Assembly: GCA_041288095.1 (NCBI GenBank)
Contig: JBGGMJ010000158.1
Span: 1 to 64,000 of the forward strand
Source: Myxococcota bacterium
GTDB lineage: Bacteria > Myxococcota > XYA12-FULL-58-9 > JALHOP01
Reading direction: 5' to 3'
Length of the DNA: 64,000 nt
Shown one piece after another: positions 38,982-49,216 of the stretch. A model generated the notes under the pieces. The model was not told where the DNA came from. It ran no database searches and saw nothing but the letters and a program-made list of their open reading frames with translations. The position numbers were made by a program, and so were the translations under genes. How positions within the stretch are numbered: the first letter of the stretch is position 1; each line of letters starts with the position of its first letter.

Positions 38982-39941
38982 ATGCGTTTCGCTGTCCTCA
39001 TCGCGCTGGCCACCAACATCGCGTGTGCAACCTCGGGAACCACCGCGGGGGCGCCGTCCGCCGGCGCGCACAGTGCTCACTCCGCGCCGAAAGCCGACGC
39101 CGCTCCGGCCACCCCGCCCGCGGTGCTCACCACCTTCGACATGCCGAAGCTCGACGGCTTGACCGGCCTGAAGGGCCGCATGGTCAACGAGCGCGTCTAT
39201 CGCGTCGACATGATCCGCCCCGAGACCCCGGTGACCGCGGAAAACGTGAAGATCATCAGCGGCTTCGCGCTCCCCACGTGGGCGACGTTCCAGCACGTCG
39301 ATGCGCAGACCACGATGGTCATGGGCGACATCTTCCTCACGGAATATCAGATCACCCCAATCATGAAGAAGGCGCTCGAGCTCGGCTTCGAGGTCACCGC
39401 CCTGCACAACCATTTCCTCTGGGAAACGCCCAAGGTGATGTTCATGCACTTCGCGGGGATGGGGAACATCGACCAGCTGGCCGGGAACGTCGGCACCTTG
39501 TTCAAGGAGCTCAAGGTCCCCGTGGTCACGCGCCCCGTGCGGCCCGTCATCGACTCCGGCGCTTCGAAGCTGAACGCCGAGGCGATCGACGCCGCCATCG
39601 GCTACAAGGGCCGCGACCGCAACGGCACCTACTTGCTGGCCATCGATCGCCCCGTGAAGATGGGCGGCCACGACGTCGCTCCGGGCATGATGATGGCGAC
39701 GCTGGTGCTCATGGCCGGCACGCAAGAGATGGCGTTTGCCACCGGTGACATCGCCGTCTACCCGCAGCACATGCAAGCCGTCATCAAAGCGTGTCTCGAT
39801 CGCGGCATGGACGTCGTGTCGATCCACAACCACATGGTCGACGACGAGCCACGGACGATGTTCGTCCACTACTGGGTCTATGGCCCCGCCGTGGAGATCG
39901 CGACCAAGCTCAAGGAAGTCTTTGCGAAGGCACCGCAATAA
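38982..39941 (+). CDS. Tandem DUF1259 (LppY/LpqO-like) lipoprotein
   Basis: Lipobox-like NIAC; two repeats GD...ALHNH...P..MFMH and GD...SIHNHM...PR.MFVHYW; GGAG RBS. Confidence 0.85.
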   Translation: MRFAVLIALATNIACATSGTTAGAPSAGAHSAHSAPKADAAPATPPAVLTTFDMPKLDGLTGLKGRMVNERVYRVDMIRPETPVTAENVKIISGFALPTWATFQHVDAQTTMVMGDIFLTEYQITPIMKKALELGFEVTALHNHFLWETPKVMFMHFAGMGNIDQLAGNVGTLFKELKVPVVTRPVRPVIDSGASKLNAEAIDAAIGYKGRDRNGTYLLAIDRPVKMGGHDVAPGMMMATLVLMAGTQEMAFATGDIAVYPQHMQAVIKACLDRGMDVVSIHNHMVDDEPRTMFVHYWVYGPAVEIATKLKEVFAKAPQ

Positions 39942-40851
39942 CGGTCAGGCGAGGCGCCGCGAGCGCCACGCCGATGCCTCCCAAGACCGCGGCACCGCCG
40001 AGCACGAGTCGCACCGTCGGGTGCTCGCCGAAAGCGAACACCGCGACGCCGGCGGTGATGACCGGCTGCAGGTTCATGAACATGAGCACCTGCGTCGGGC
40101 TGAGCTTGCTGAAGGAATACGACCACAACAGCGACATCAGCGCGCCGCCTAGTGTGCCGAGGAGCACGATCGCCGTGATGGTGCTCGAGGTCAGTGCTCG
40201 CGCCGTGGCGGTGAGATAGTCCCAGTCGGTGGCGATGGCCGCCGGCAAGAGCAGCACGGCGGCGCTCGCCATGCGGTAGACGGCCACGGTGAACGGCGCG
40301 TAGCGTGTAAGGGCGCGCTTCTGCAAGAAACCGCCGAGCGCCATGCCGAACGCCGCGGCGAGAACGACCGCGTCGGCGACCAGATCGCCGCTCACCGCCA
40401 GGTCACCGTTCGACGGCCAGACGAGCACGATGACGCCGGCCAGAGTCGCGGCCGCGCCCAACAGCTTACGTAGAGAGATGGGCTCGGCGCGCAAGAGGAT
40501 GCCGAGCCCCAAGCTCCACAGAGGCGTGGTGGCGAACAAGATGGAGACGCGCGCCACCGGACTTTTCGTGAGCGCGTAGGCCAGCCCAACGGTCGTCAGG
40601 CAGAAGGTCATCAGGCCGACGAAGGCGAGCGACGGTAGGTCGCGTGCGCTCAAGCGCATCACCTTGGCTCGGCCCATCGCCATGCCGCAGGCGAGCAAGC
40701 AGCCCGTGCCGACCAGATAGCGCAGGCAGCCCAAGGAGACGGGAGGGACTTCCTTCACCGCCACCTTGAGCAGGAGCGTCGACATCGACGCGCACAGCGC
40801 CGCCCCGAGGCACGCCAACAAGGCCACGAACTCTTTGGCAGTGCGAGTCAC
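39910..40851 (-). CDS. EamA/DMT-family transporter, probable exporter for the PKS product
   Basis: About 10 TM helices in two EamA repeats; GTG start overlaps the TGA of the last PKS gene. Confidence 0.88.
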   Translation of the reverse strand: MTRTAKEFVALLACLGAALCASMSTLLLKVAVKEVPPVSLGCLRYLVGTGCLLACGMAMGRAKVMRLSARDLPSLAFVGLMTFCLTTVGLAYALTKSPVARVSILFATTPLWSLGLGILLRAEPISLRKLLGAAATLAGVIVLVWPSNGDLAVSGDLVADAVVLAAAFGMALGGFLQKRALTRYAPFTVAVYRMASAAVLLLPAAIATDWDYLTATARALTSSTITAIVLLGTLGGALMSLLWSYSFSKLSPTQVLMFMNLQPVITAGVAVFAFGEHPTVRLVLGGAAVLGGIGVALAAPRLTVIAVPSQRLP

Positions 40852-43172
40852 TCGTGCGTGATGGCTTCGCTGAGATGCGACACCAGCGCATCGACAGTGG
40901 GATGTTCGAACACGAGAGTCAACGGCAATGTGAGGCGCAAGCTGGACTGCAAGCTGTTGCGGACCGACATGGCGAGCACCGAGCTCAGACCCGCGTCGAC
41001 GAGGTTGCGGTCGCCCGGCAGGGCGCCGGCGATGTCGCTGCCGAGAGCGGTGACCAGCTCCGACGTCACGCAGTCGCGCAAGAGGCGGCCGCGCTCGGCC
41101 GCGTCGGCGAGCCGTATGCGATCGGCGATGCTGCTCGCGTCGTTGGCCGCCGCGAAGACGACGCCGTCCGCGGTACCGCGCGTCGGCGATATCGTCGCCC
41201 AGAAACGTGTCCGCTGAAACGGATACGTAGGCAGCGGTAGCGCGTTCTGACGGCGGCCGCCGAGCACACGCTGCCAGTCGCAGCGGATGCCGCGCAGCTG
41301 CAGCGACGCCGCGAGCCGCACGACGGTCTGGCGCTGCGGCACGGTCGCGGCGTCACCGACGACCAGCACCAAGCCCCCCTGGCGATCCTGCTCGACCGAG
41401 GCGTGCACGAGCTCGTCGCCGCCCTGCCCGCCGGCGGCCGCGCCGCGCGCCGCGAGCGCTTCGTCGACGACGGGCATGCCGAGGGCCGCGAGCTTCGCCG
41501 CGTCGGTCGGGGAGCCGCGAAATTGCACGACGAGCTCCGGCGGCTCTTCGTTGGGCTTCTCGCTATGACGGGTCACCCGCGAGAAATCGCCCCTCCCTAC
41601 CTCGGCGAGGCGCGCCGCCAGCTCATCGCGATCCTCGGCGAAGATGGCGAGGCGCTCGGGAAACGTAGCGCCGGACGAGTTGGCCGCGGCGCAAAGGTCG
41701 GCAATCGCGATGGTGGGACGCTCGCGCATGTACGCGACGTAGGACTTCGCCATGTCGGACAAGGCGGCGCTGGTCTTCCCCGAGAAGATCAAGCTCACTG
41801 GGCCTCGGCGGCTCGACGCCGGCGCCGACGGCTCGAAGGGGCGTTCCTCGAGAATGACGTGGCCGTTGGTGCCGCTCAATCCGAACGCACTCACGCCGGC
41901 GCGTCGCACCCCGTCCTGCGGCGGTACCCAGGGCCGGCGCTCGGCCGCGAGCGCGAGTGGCGTCTCTTCGAGAGCGATGTGCGGATTGGTGTCGAGCAAG
42001 TGGAGCTGCGGCGGCATCTCGCCGTGCTGGAGCGCCTGGACCACCTTGATGACGCTGATGACGCCCGCCGCCGATTCGGTGTGACCGAAGTTGGTCTTCA
42101 CCGAGCCGACGACTGTCCGCTTGAGCGACCCGTCCGGGGATTCGAAGACGGCGGCCAGCGCGCCCACCTCGATGGGGTCGCCAAGGCGCGTGCCGGTACC
42201 GTGCGCCTCGACGTAGTCGATTTGCTCCGGGCGCACGCCGGCGTTGGTCATCGCCTGCTTGATGAGCGCCCGGTGCGCGATGCCATTCGGCGCGGTGAGG
42301 CCCTGTGCTCGGCCGTTGTGATTGACCGCTGAAGCGGCCACGACCGCGAGCACCCGGTCGCCGTCACGCTCGGCGTCGGCGAGGCGCTTGAGCAACAACA
42401 AGCCGCAGGCGTCGCCGCGAACCATGCCGTCGGCGCCGGAGTCGAAGGCCCGACATCGGCCGGTCGGAGAGATCGCTCCCATGGCCGACAGGCAGACGTT
42501 CAGCCACGGGTCGACGACGATGTTGACGCCACCGGCGAGCGCGAGGTCGCACTCGCCTCCACGCAGGGCGACGCAGGCGCGGTGCAAGGCAACGAGGGAC
42601 GACGAGCAAGCCGTATCGACGGACTCGCACGGGCCATGGAAGTCGAAGAAGTAAGAGACACGTCCCGCGGCGATGTTGTGGGATGTGCCGGTCGCCGCGT
42701 ACATGTCGAGCGTCTTGGGGCCGGTGTACGTCGACAAGAAGTAGTCGCCGTTCATGATCCCCAAGAACACTCCGGTCGAGCTCCCGGCGAGCGCGGTCGG
42801 GTCGATGCCGGCGCGCTCGATGGCTTCCCACGCCACTTCGAGGACCAAGCGCTGCTGTGGATCCAACTGCATCGCCTCGGGACGCGAAATGCCGAAAAAT
42901 CCCGCGTCGAACTGGTCGACACCTTGGACGACACCCGCCCAGCGCGTGATCATCTTGCCCGGCGTGCCCGGATGCGGGTCGTAGAAGCTCTCGGCGTCCC
43001 AGCGATCCATGGGGATCGCGCCGACCATGTCGCGTCCGTCACGCACCAAGGTCCACAGCTCCTCCGGCGTGCTGGCGCCCGGGACGCGGCAAGCGGCGCT
43101 GATGATGGCGATGGGCTCGCTCAAGCGACCACGGAGCTTCCGCGCCAATATGCCGCGCTTGTCCTCGCTCAT
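40848..43172 (-). CDS. Type I PKS, terminal module KS - AT remnant - ACP, no thioesterase
   Basis: DTACSSS, EAHGTGT, NFGHTE; post-AT linker LPTYPFQR only about 100 aa after the KS-AT linker; ACP AGLSS. Confidence 0.92.
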   Translation of the reverse strand: MSEDKRGILARKLRGRLSEPIAIISAACRVPGASTPEELWTLVRDGRDMVGAIPMDRWDAESFYDPHPGTPGKMITRWAGVVQGVDQFDAGFFGISRPEAMQLDPQQRLVLEVAWEAIERAGIDPTALAGSSTGVFLGIMNGDYFLSTYTGPKTLDMYAATGTSHNIAAGRVSYFFDFHGPCESVDTACSSSLVALHRACVALRGGECDLALAGGVNIVVDPWLNVCLSAMGAISPTGRCRAFDSGADGMVRGDACGLLLLKRLADAERDGDRVLAVVAASAVNHNGRAQGLTAPNGIAHRALIKQAMTNAGVRPEQIDYVEAHGTGTRLGDPIEVGALAAVFESPDGSLKRTVVGSVKTNFGHTESAAGVISVIKVVQALQHGEMPPQLHLLDTNPHIALEETPLALAAERRPWVPPQDGVRRAGVSAFGLSGTNGHVILEERPFEPSAPASSRRGPVSLIFSGKTSAALSDMAKSYVAYMRERPTIAIADLCAAANSSGATFPERLAIFAEDRDELAARLAEVGRGDFSRVTRHSEKPNEEPPELVVQFRGSPTDAAKLAALGMPVVDEALAARGAAAGGQGGDELVHASVEQDRQGGLVLVVGDAATVPQRQTVVRLAASLQLRGIRCDWQRVLGGRRQNALPLPTYPFQRTRFWATISPTRGTADGVVFAAANDASSIADRIRLADAAERGRLLRDCVTSELVTALGSDIAGALPGDRNLVDAGLSSVLAMSVRNSLQSSLRLTLPLTLVFEHPTVDALVSHLSEAITHE

Positions 43173-46100
43173 GCTTCGCTGCCGAGGAGCTCGTCGGCCA
43201 ACACGCCGAGCTCGCCTTCGTCGAGTTGCTCGATCGCCGACAAGACCGCGGCAAGGCGAGGACTGACGGAGGCCGAGGCCGCGAGGTTGGTCGTCTTGGT
43301 GACTGCCTTCTGCGGCGCGGCGGCGGGCGCCGCCACCGCCGGCTGAGCGGCCGCTGTAGCGGGCACGACGCGACTACCGAGCTTCTCGGTGATGAAGCCC
43401 AGCAGGAGCTGCAAGGTCGGATACTCGAAGAGCAAGGTGACCGGCAGCGAGATGCCCAACGCCGTCTGTAGACGGTTGCGCAGCTGGACCGCGACGAGTG
43501 AGTCGAGGCCGAGGTCCTTGAGCACCTGCTTGGCGGCGACACGTTGGTCGGCGGCGAGCCCCAGAGCGGCAGCGACCTCGCGGTGCACGAGCTCGCGCAA
43601 GCCCTCCCCGCTTCCGACCACCGCCGGCTCGGCCGCCGCGGCGACCGTCGCCTGCGCTACGGCGCTGGCCGGCGCCGGCTTGCTGCCGAGCTTCGACAAG
43701 GTGTCGGCCTCGATGCCGAGGTTGCGCACGCCGAGCATCTCGACGACGACCCGCCCCGAAGCGTCGTAGACCCTTATGTCGGAGGAGAACACGGGGCGCG
43801 TCGCCGTCGTCGACACGGGGCGCGCGACGACGTGCGACCAAACCTCGCGCCCGAGCTTGCCGTAGACGCGGATACGGTCCGCTCCAGCGAACATGAACGA
43901 GCCGGGCGTCTTGGCGTCGCCACTCACGGCCACGTAGGTGGGGTGGCCGCAAGCATCCAGCAGGGCCGGGTGCGCGAACGCGAAGTCGCCCTCGCCGACG
44001 ACGTGCTCGGGGAGCACGATGTGTCCGAGCGCCTCGCCCACGGCGTCCGGCGCCCGCGAGACCTCGCGCATGCCGCGAAACGCGGCGCCATAGTCCTGGC
44101 CGTTGGCACGCATGGCCGCGTAGAGTTGCTCGACCGAGACGGACTTCTTCAAGCGGGCCCGCAGCGCCGCGAGCGACTCGTAGCCGGGCGCCGCCTGGCT
44201 CTCGGGTGCGCGTGCGATCGAGCCCGTCGTATGGGTCACCCACTCACCACCGCCGGCGGCGCGACTCTCGATGACGTACGCCAAACGGCCGGGCTCGGTC
44301 ACTTTCGCGTCGAAGCTCACCTCGCGCGGCACTGCCTCGAGCAAGAGAGCGCGCTCGAAGCTCACGTCCAACAAGGCGGTCGCTTCTCCGTGGAACGCGT
44401 CGCGCGCCGCCGCGAGCGCCATCTCGATGAAGCCCATCCCCGGAAACACCGGGATCCCGAAGTTACCGTGATCCTGGAGGAAGGCGTGCTTGCCCGTGCC
44501 GTGCTCCGACACATAGCGCGACATCGATCCGCTTTCGCGGCGGCCGAGCAGCGGATGCGCCGCCGCCGCTTCGACAGCGGGCTTCGACTCGAGCCAGCAA
44601 CGTTGACGCTCGAAAGCATAGGCTGGCGTCGACAGCGAGCGCGGGGCACCGGCGGCAGGCCGTGGTGCGCTGCCGCCCGCGGCGAAGGCAGCCGCCAGAG
44701 CGACCGAGAAGCGCAGATCATCCGGTACATCGTCATCGAGACTCGGCACCACCGCGATGGCGCTGTCGGTCAACCCGGTGAAGACGAGCTCGCCGAGCTC
44801 GGTGCCGGCCCCGACCTCGACGCAGACCTCGCAGCCCAGCTTGGCGAGGCTGCGCACGGCTTCCTTGACCTGCACCGACGACCGCAACAAGCGAACCCAA
44901 TAGTCCGGGTTGGTGACGTCGCCCGGCTTGGCCGGACGCCCGGTGACCGACGAGATGATCGGCAGCCGCGGCTCACCAAGGGTGATGCGGCCGATGATGG
45001 CGGAGATGTCGGAGGCCTTCGCGTCAGCCAGCCGGCTGTGAAACGGCAGTCGCGCGGCGAGGCGCGTCGCCGGCACACCCTGCGTCTGCAGCTGGGTGAG
45101 CACCCCGGCGAGGTCTTCCTGCTTGCCGCCGATGAGCGTGCGCTTGCTGCTCTCCGATGCGAGCACCTGAACCCTCGGGCTCGTGCCCAAGAGCGCCCTG
45201 GTGCGTTCGAGATCTTCCTCCACGGCGTAGGCGACGAAGCCTTGCGCGGCCTCCGCGTAGATCTTCGCCAACGCGTGCAGCGCTCGCGCTCCGTCCTCGA
45301 GGCCGATGACACCCGCGGCATACGCCGCCGCCAGCTCGCCGAGTCCGCTTCCGAAGACAGCGAGCGGCACGGGGCCGTGCTCCGACCAGGTCTCCCAGAG
45401 CGCGCACTGCGCGACGTACGAGACCACCGCGGCACTCGCGAGGGAGCCGTCCGTACTCGGGCGACCGCTGGCGAAGATCTGGGTCAACGGCGTGTCGAGC
45501 TTGAGCACCGCGTTGCAGCGCTCGACGACGTCGCGAAAGCGCGCATGATTCGCGTAAAGGTGGCGCGTCAGCGCCGCGATGTTCGGCTGCGTGCCGGGGA
45601 AGATGAACCCGGTCTTGGGCGCGCCACGCTGAGCACGCTCGCCACGGCGCACGACCGCGCCGGCGACAGGCTCACCGCCGGCCTCGAGAGCCGCGAGCAG
45701 CTCGTCGCGACTACGGGCCACCACGGCAAGGCGGTGCGCGAGGCTTGCTCGCCCACGGCTCGCCGCGGCGACCAGCGCCGCCGCCGATGAGCCCGGATGC
45801 TCGCGCATGTAGCGCGCCCACGATGCGACCAGCGTGTCGAGCGAGGAGCGGGTGCGGGCGGAAAGCGCGAAGACGTAGGGCCCGCCATCGACCGCTTTAG
45901 CGGACGTGATCGGTGGTTCTTCGACGATCACGTGGGCGTTGGTGCCGCTCATGCCGTACGACTGCACGCCGGCGCGACGCGGCCTGAAGCCGCGCGCCCA
46001 GGGTCGTGACTCGGTAGCGACGATGAGCTCGCCGTTCTGCGGCCGACACTCGGGGTTGAGCTCGCGCAAGTGCAAGTGAGGAGGCAAGGCTTCGTGACGC

Positions 46101-49100
46101 ATGGACACGAGCACCTTGAGCAAGCCAGCGAGGCCCGACACCGATTCGGTGTGGCCGACGTTGGTCTTCACCGAGCCGATGAGCAGCGGCTTCGCGCGCA
46201 TCAGCGAGGCGCCGAAGACCTCGGCAAGCGCCCCGTATTCGATCGAGTCGCCCATCGAGCTGCCCGTGCCGGCGCATTCGACGTAGTCGATGTCGTCGTC
46301 GGAGAGGCCGGCATCACGCAACGCGGCGCGCGCGATCTCGGATTGGGCCGGACCACTCGGCGCGACCAGGCTGGCGCTGCGCCCATCCTGATTGACGGCC
46401 GTTCCGCGAATGACTCCGTAGACTACGTCGCCATCGCGCACGGCGTCGGCCAGCCGCTTGACGACCATGACACAGCCGCCCTCGCTACGGCCGTAACCGT
46501 CGGCGCTCGCATCGAAGGCCTTGGAGCGGCCGTCGCGCGACACCATGCGCGTCTTGCTGAGCAAGATGTGGCCATGCGGGCTGAGCATGGCGCTCGACGC
46601 GGCGACGACCGCCAGGTCGGATTCGCGCCGGCGCAAGCTCGCGGCCGCGAGGTGCACGCCAACCAACGAGGACGAGCAGGCGGCGTCGAGAGTGGTGCTC
46701 GGGCCGTGCACACCGAGCAGATACGACAGGCGGCCCGCCGCCACGCCGTGGGCAATGCCGGCCGCCGTGTAGACGTCGATCGCGTCCCAGCCCGCGCGCG
46801 CCACACGACCGAGATGATCGGCGCCGTACACCGCGGCGAACACGCCCATCTTGCTGCCGCTGACGTCCTCGGGAGCATAGCCGGCGTCAGCGAGCGCTTG
46901 CCAGGTGAGCTCGAGCAGAATCCGCTGTTGCGGATCGGTGGCGGTCGCCTCGCGCGGCGACATACCGAAGAACAGTGGATCGAATTGTTCCCAGCCGTCG
47001 ATGAAGCTGCCCGAGCGGGTGATCGACTTGCCGGGGGCGTCGGGATCGGGATCGTAAACGGCGTCGGCGTCCCAGCGCTCCTTGGGCACCTTGCGCACCG
47101 GGTCCGCGCCGTCGGCGAGGAGGCGCCAGAACGACTCGGCGTCCTCTACTCCCCCGGGAAAACGACAGCTCACGCCGACGATGGCGATCGGCTCTTCGTA
47201 ACCCAAGGCGATCTTGGGCGCGGCAACGGGAGCCGCTGGAACGAACGCCTCGATCGGGGCAGGCGCCGCCGGCGGTGCTTCGACCTTCGCGACGACGACG
47301 GGCACCTCGGCGCGCGGCAGCACGTCGGTGAGGATGTGCTCGACCAAGGATTGAACGGTGGGAAAGTTGAAGACCAGCGTCGCCGGAAACGCGCCACGGG
47401 GCAGACCCAAGTCGGGCGCCAAGCGCAGGCGGAAGTCGTTGGCCAACAGAGAGGTCATGCCCAGGTCGATGACCTGACTTTGCGGATCCACGACCGTGCC
47501 GGCGTCGAGGCCAAGGATCGCGATGATCGAGGTCTTGACCTGCGCTTCGAGGAGCGTGCGCGCTTCCGGTGGCGACAGCTCGCGAAGCCGCGCGACCAGC
47601 GGGCGCTTGTCATCGACGACCGGCTGCCCGCTCACCTCCCGTTGAAGCTCCGAGAAGAGCGGCGGGTCACCCTTACCGTGCTGGTACCAGGTGAACTTCT
47701 CGGCATCGACGATGGGATGGACGACGATCTGCGGCGGAATACGCGTGCCGCCGCCAATCACGAGCGACATGACGGCGCCGCCGTCGTTCGGGTCGATGTT
47801 GCCGACGCCGGACGCGGCGATACGGTCCTGATCGGCGCGGGACAAGCGCAAGACACCGCCGATGCCCGCCCAAGCGGTCCAATCGATGGCGGTCGCGGGC
47901 GCGCCCTGCCGCCGGCGCCAGTACGCAAAAGCGTCCATGAAGGTGTTGGCCGCCGCGTAGTTGCTGCTTGCCTCGTAGCCGAAGCCCGAGAGCGACGCGT
48001 ACATCGCGAAGAAGTCGAGCTGCCGGGCGCGGCTGTGAGCGTGGAGGTTCCAGGTGCCCGAAACCTTGGGCGCGAGCACGTCCGTGAAGCGCTTCCACGT
48101 TTGCTGCCGCATCATGCCGTAATCGACGACGGCGGCGGCGTGCACCAGGCCGCGAACCGGCGCCATTGTCCGATCGACACGCTCGAGGAGCCCGGCGACA
48201 TCGCCGTCCCGCGTAATGTCGCATTGCATCGGCACCACGCGGGCGCCGTGGGCCTCGACACGCGCGATTGCGGCCGCGACCTCGGGCCAGGGCGCCTTGC
48301 GACTCACCAGCGCGATGTGGCGAGCTCCACGCGAGGCGATCCACTCGGCAAGGTAGAGCCCGAGGTCGCCGAGGCCTCCGGTGATGACATAGGCACCATC
48401 GGCGACGAGCTTTGGCTGCGGGATGCTCTTGGCGTCGATCTGCGCCTTGACGAGCCGCGAGACCAGAGGTCTGCCGTCGCGCCACGCAGTCTCGCCCTCG
48501 CGCGCCGGCGAGCGTAGGTGCGCCACCAAGCCCTCGGGGAGCGTGGCGTTCGGCTTGGGATCGAGATCGACGAGCCCGCCCCAGAGCTCGGGATGCTCGA
48601 GCGCGACGCAACGACCGAAGCCCCACAGCGTCGCCTGGGCAATCGCGACCGGCGAGCCATCGCCGATGTCTTGCGCGCCGCGGGTAAACAACCAGAGCCG
48701 GGGCTCGGCGCCACCACCGCGGCTGATCGCCTGGGCGACGTGCAGCGCACCCGCGAGCACGAGCTCTTGATCACGCGCCAGCGAGTCGGCGCTGGTCGCG
48801 GCCTCCGCCGTGGTATCGAGCGGCCAGAGATAGGCGATGCGCCGTACATCCGCGGCGGTCGCCATCCAGTTGCCGATGACGGCGCCGACCGCGTCGGGGC
48901 TCGTCGGCTCGACGCCATCCGCACGGCCGTTGCGTGCCGCGTGCACTACCTGGCAGACCGCTCCAGCGGACGTCAGCGCGCGCGCCAGCGCCTCACCCAC
49001 GCCGCTTGCGTCGGCGAAGACGAGCCACGACTCGCGACCGTTGGAGCCGCCCGGGTGCTCCACCGTGAAGGGTCGCCAGGTCACGTTGTACAGCCACTGC

Positions 49101-49204
49101 GCCGCGCGCTGCCGATCGGCTTCGCGCCGCAACAAGATGTCCAGCGCCCGGCGACGCTCGGGGGCGAGCTTCGCGATCTTCGCTTCGATGTCGTTCTTGC
49201 TCAC
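43169..49204 (-). CDS. Type I PKS: docking - KR - ACP - KS0 - AT(inactive) - DH - ACP - docking
   Basis: KR TGGLGDLG and NYAAAN; ACP LGMTS; KS DAACSSS but ECAGTGS; AT GSGLG and PFHS; DH HPLLG, DHGNFGIPVFP, HPALLDACGH; ACP LGLDS. Confidence 0.92.
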   Translation of the reverse strand: MSKNDIEAKIAKLAPERRRALDILLRREADRQRAAQWLYNVTWRPFTVEHPGGSNGRESWLVFADASGVGEALARALTSAGAVCQVVHAARNGRADGVEPTSPDAVGAVIGNWMATAADVRRIAYLWPLDTTAEAATSADSLARDQELVLAGALHVAQAISRGGGAEPRLWLFTRGAQDIGDGSPVAIAQATLWGFGRCVALEHPELWGGLVDLDPKPNATLPEGLVAHLRSPAREGETAWRDGRPLVSRLVKAQIDAKSIPQPKLVADGAYVITGGLGDLGLYLAEWIASRGARHIALVSRKAPWPEVAAAIARVEAHGARVVPMQCDITRDGDVAGLLERVDRTMAPVRGLVHAAAVVDYGMMRQQTWKRFTDVLAPKVSGTWNLHAHSRARQLDFFAMYASLSGFGYEASSNYAAANTFMDAFAYWRRRQGAPATAIDWTAWAGIGGVLRLSRADQDRIAASGVGNIDPNDGGAVMSLVIGGGTRIPPQIVVHPIVDAEKFTWYQHGKGDPPLFSELQREVSGQPVVDDKRPLVARLRELSPPEARTLLEAQVKTSIIAILGLDAGTVVDPQSQVIDLGMTSLLANDFRLRLAPDLGLPRGAFPATLVFNFPTVQSLVEHILTDVLPRAEVPVVVAKVEAPPAAPAPIEAFVPAAPVAAPKIALGYEEPIAIVGVSCRFPGGVEDAESFWRLLADGADPVRKVPKERWDADAVYDPDPDAPGKSITRSGSFIDGWEQFDPLFFGMSPREATATDPQQRILLELTWQALADAGYAPEDVSGSKMGVFAAVYGADHLGRVARAGWDAIDVYTAAGIAHGVAAGRLSYLLGVHGPSTTLDAACSSSLVGVHLAAASLRRRESDLAVVAASSAMLSPHGHILLSKTRMVSRDGRSKAFDASADGYGRSEGGCVMVVKRLADAVRDGDVVYGVIRGTAVNQDGRSASLVAPSGPAQSEIARAALRDAGLSDDDIDYVECAGTGSSMGDSIEYGALAEVFGASLMRAKPLLIGSVKTNVGHTESVSGLAGLLKVLVSMRHEALPPHLHLRELNPECRPQNGELIVATESRPWARGFRPRRAGVQSYGMSGTNAHVIVEEPPITSAKAVDGGPYVFALSARTRSSLDTLVASWARYMREHPGSSAAALVAAASRGRASLAHRLAVVARSRDELLAALEAGGEPVAGAVVRRGERAQRGAPKTGFIFPGTQPNIAALTRHLYANHARFRDVVERCNAVLKLDTPLTQIFASGRPSTDGSLASAAVVSYVAQCALWETWSEHGPVPLAVFGSGLGELAAAYAAGVIGLEDGARALHALAKIYAEAAQGFVAYAVEEDLERTRALLGTSPRVQVLASESSKRTLIGGKQEDLAGVLTQLQTQGVPATRLAARLPFHSRLADAKASDISAIIGRITLGEPRLPIISSVTGRPAKPGDVTNPDYWVRLLRSSVQVKEAVRSLAKLGCEVCVEVGAGTELGELVFTGLTDSAIAVVPSLDDDVPDDLRFSVALAAAFAAGGSAPRPAAGAPRSLSTPAYAFERQRCWLESKPAVEAAAAHPLLGRRESGSMSRYVSEHGTGKHAFLQDHGNFGIPVFPGMGFIEMALAAARDAFHGEATALLDVSFERALLLEAVPREVSFDAKVTEPGRLAYVIESRAAGGGEWVTHTTGSIARAPESQAAPGYESLAALRARLKKSVSVEQLYAAMRANGQDYGAAFRGMREVSRAPDAVGEALGHIVLPEHVVGEGDFAFAHPALLDACGHPTYVAVSGDAKTPGSFMFAGADRIRVYGKLGREVWSHVVARPVSTTATRPVFSSDIRVYDASGRVVVEMLGVRNLGIEADTLSKLGSKPAPASAVAQATVAAAAEPAVVGSGEGLRELVHREVAAALGLAADQRVAAKQVLKDLGLDSLVAVQLRNRLQTALGISLPVTLLFEYPTLQLLLGFITEKLGSRVVPATAAAQPAVAAPAAAPQKAVTKTTNLAASASVSPRLAAVLSAIEQLDEGELGVLADELLGSEA

Positions 49205-49216
49205 GTCACCCTCAGC

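Noticed and set aside
31036..39941. GMC oxidoreductase, ALDH, hydroxy-acid oxidase and DUF1259 as PKS tailoring genes
   Set aside because: Mixed orientations, a convergent boundary at the EamA gene and an internal terminator; no sequence evidence of linkage, though not excluded
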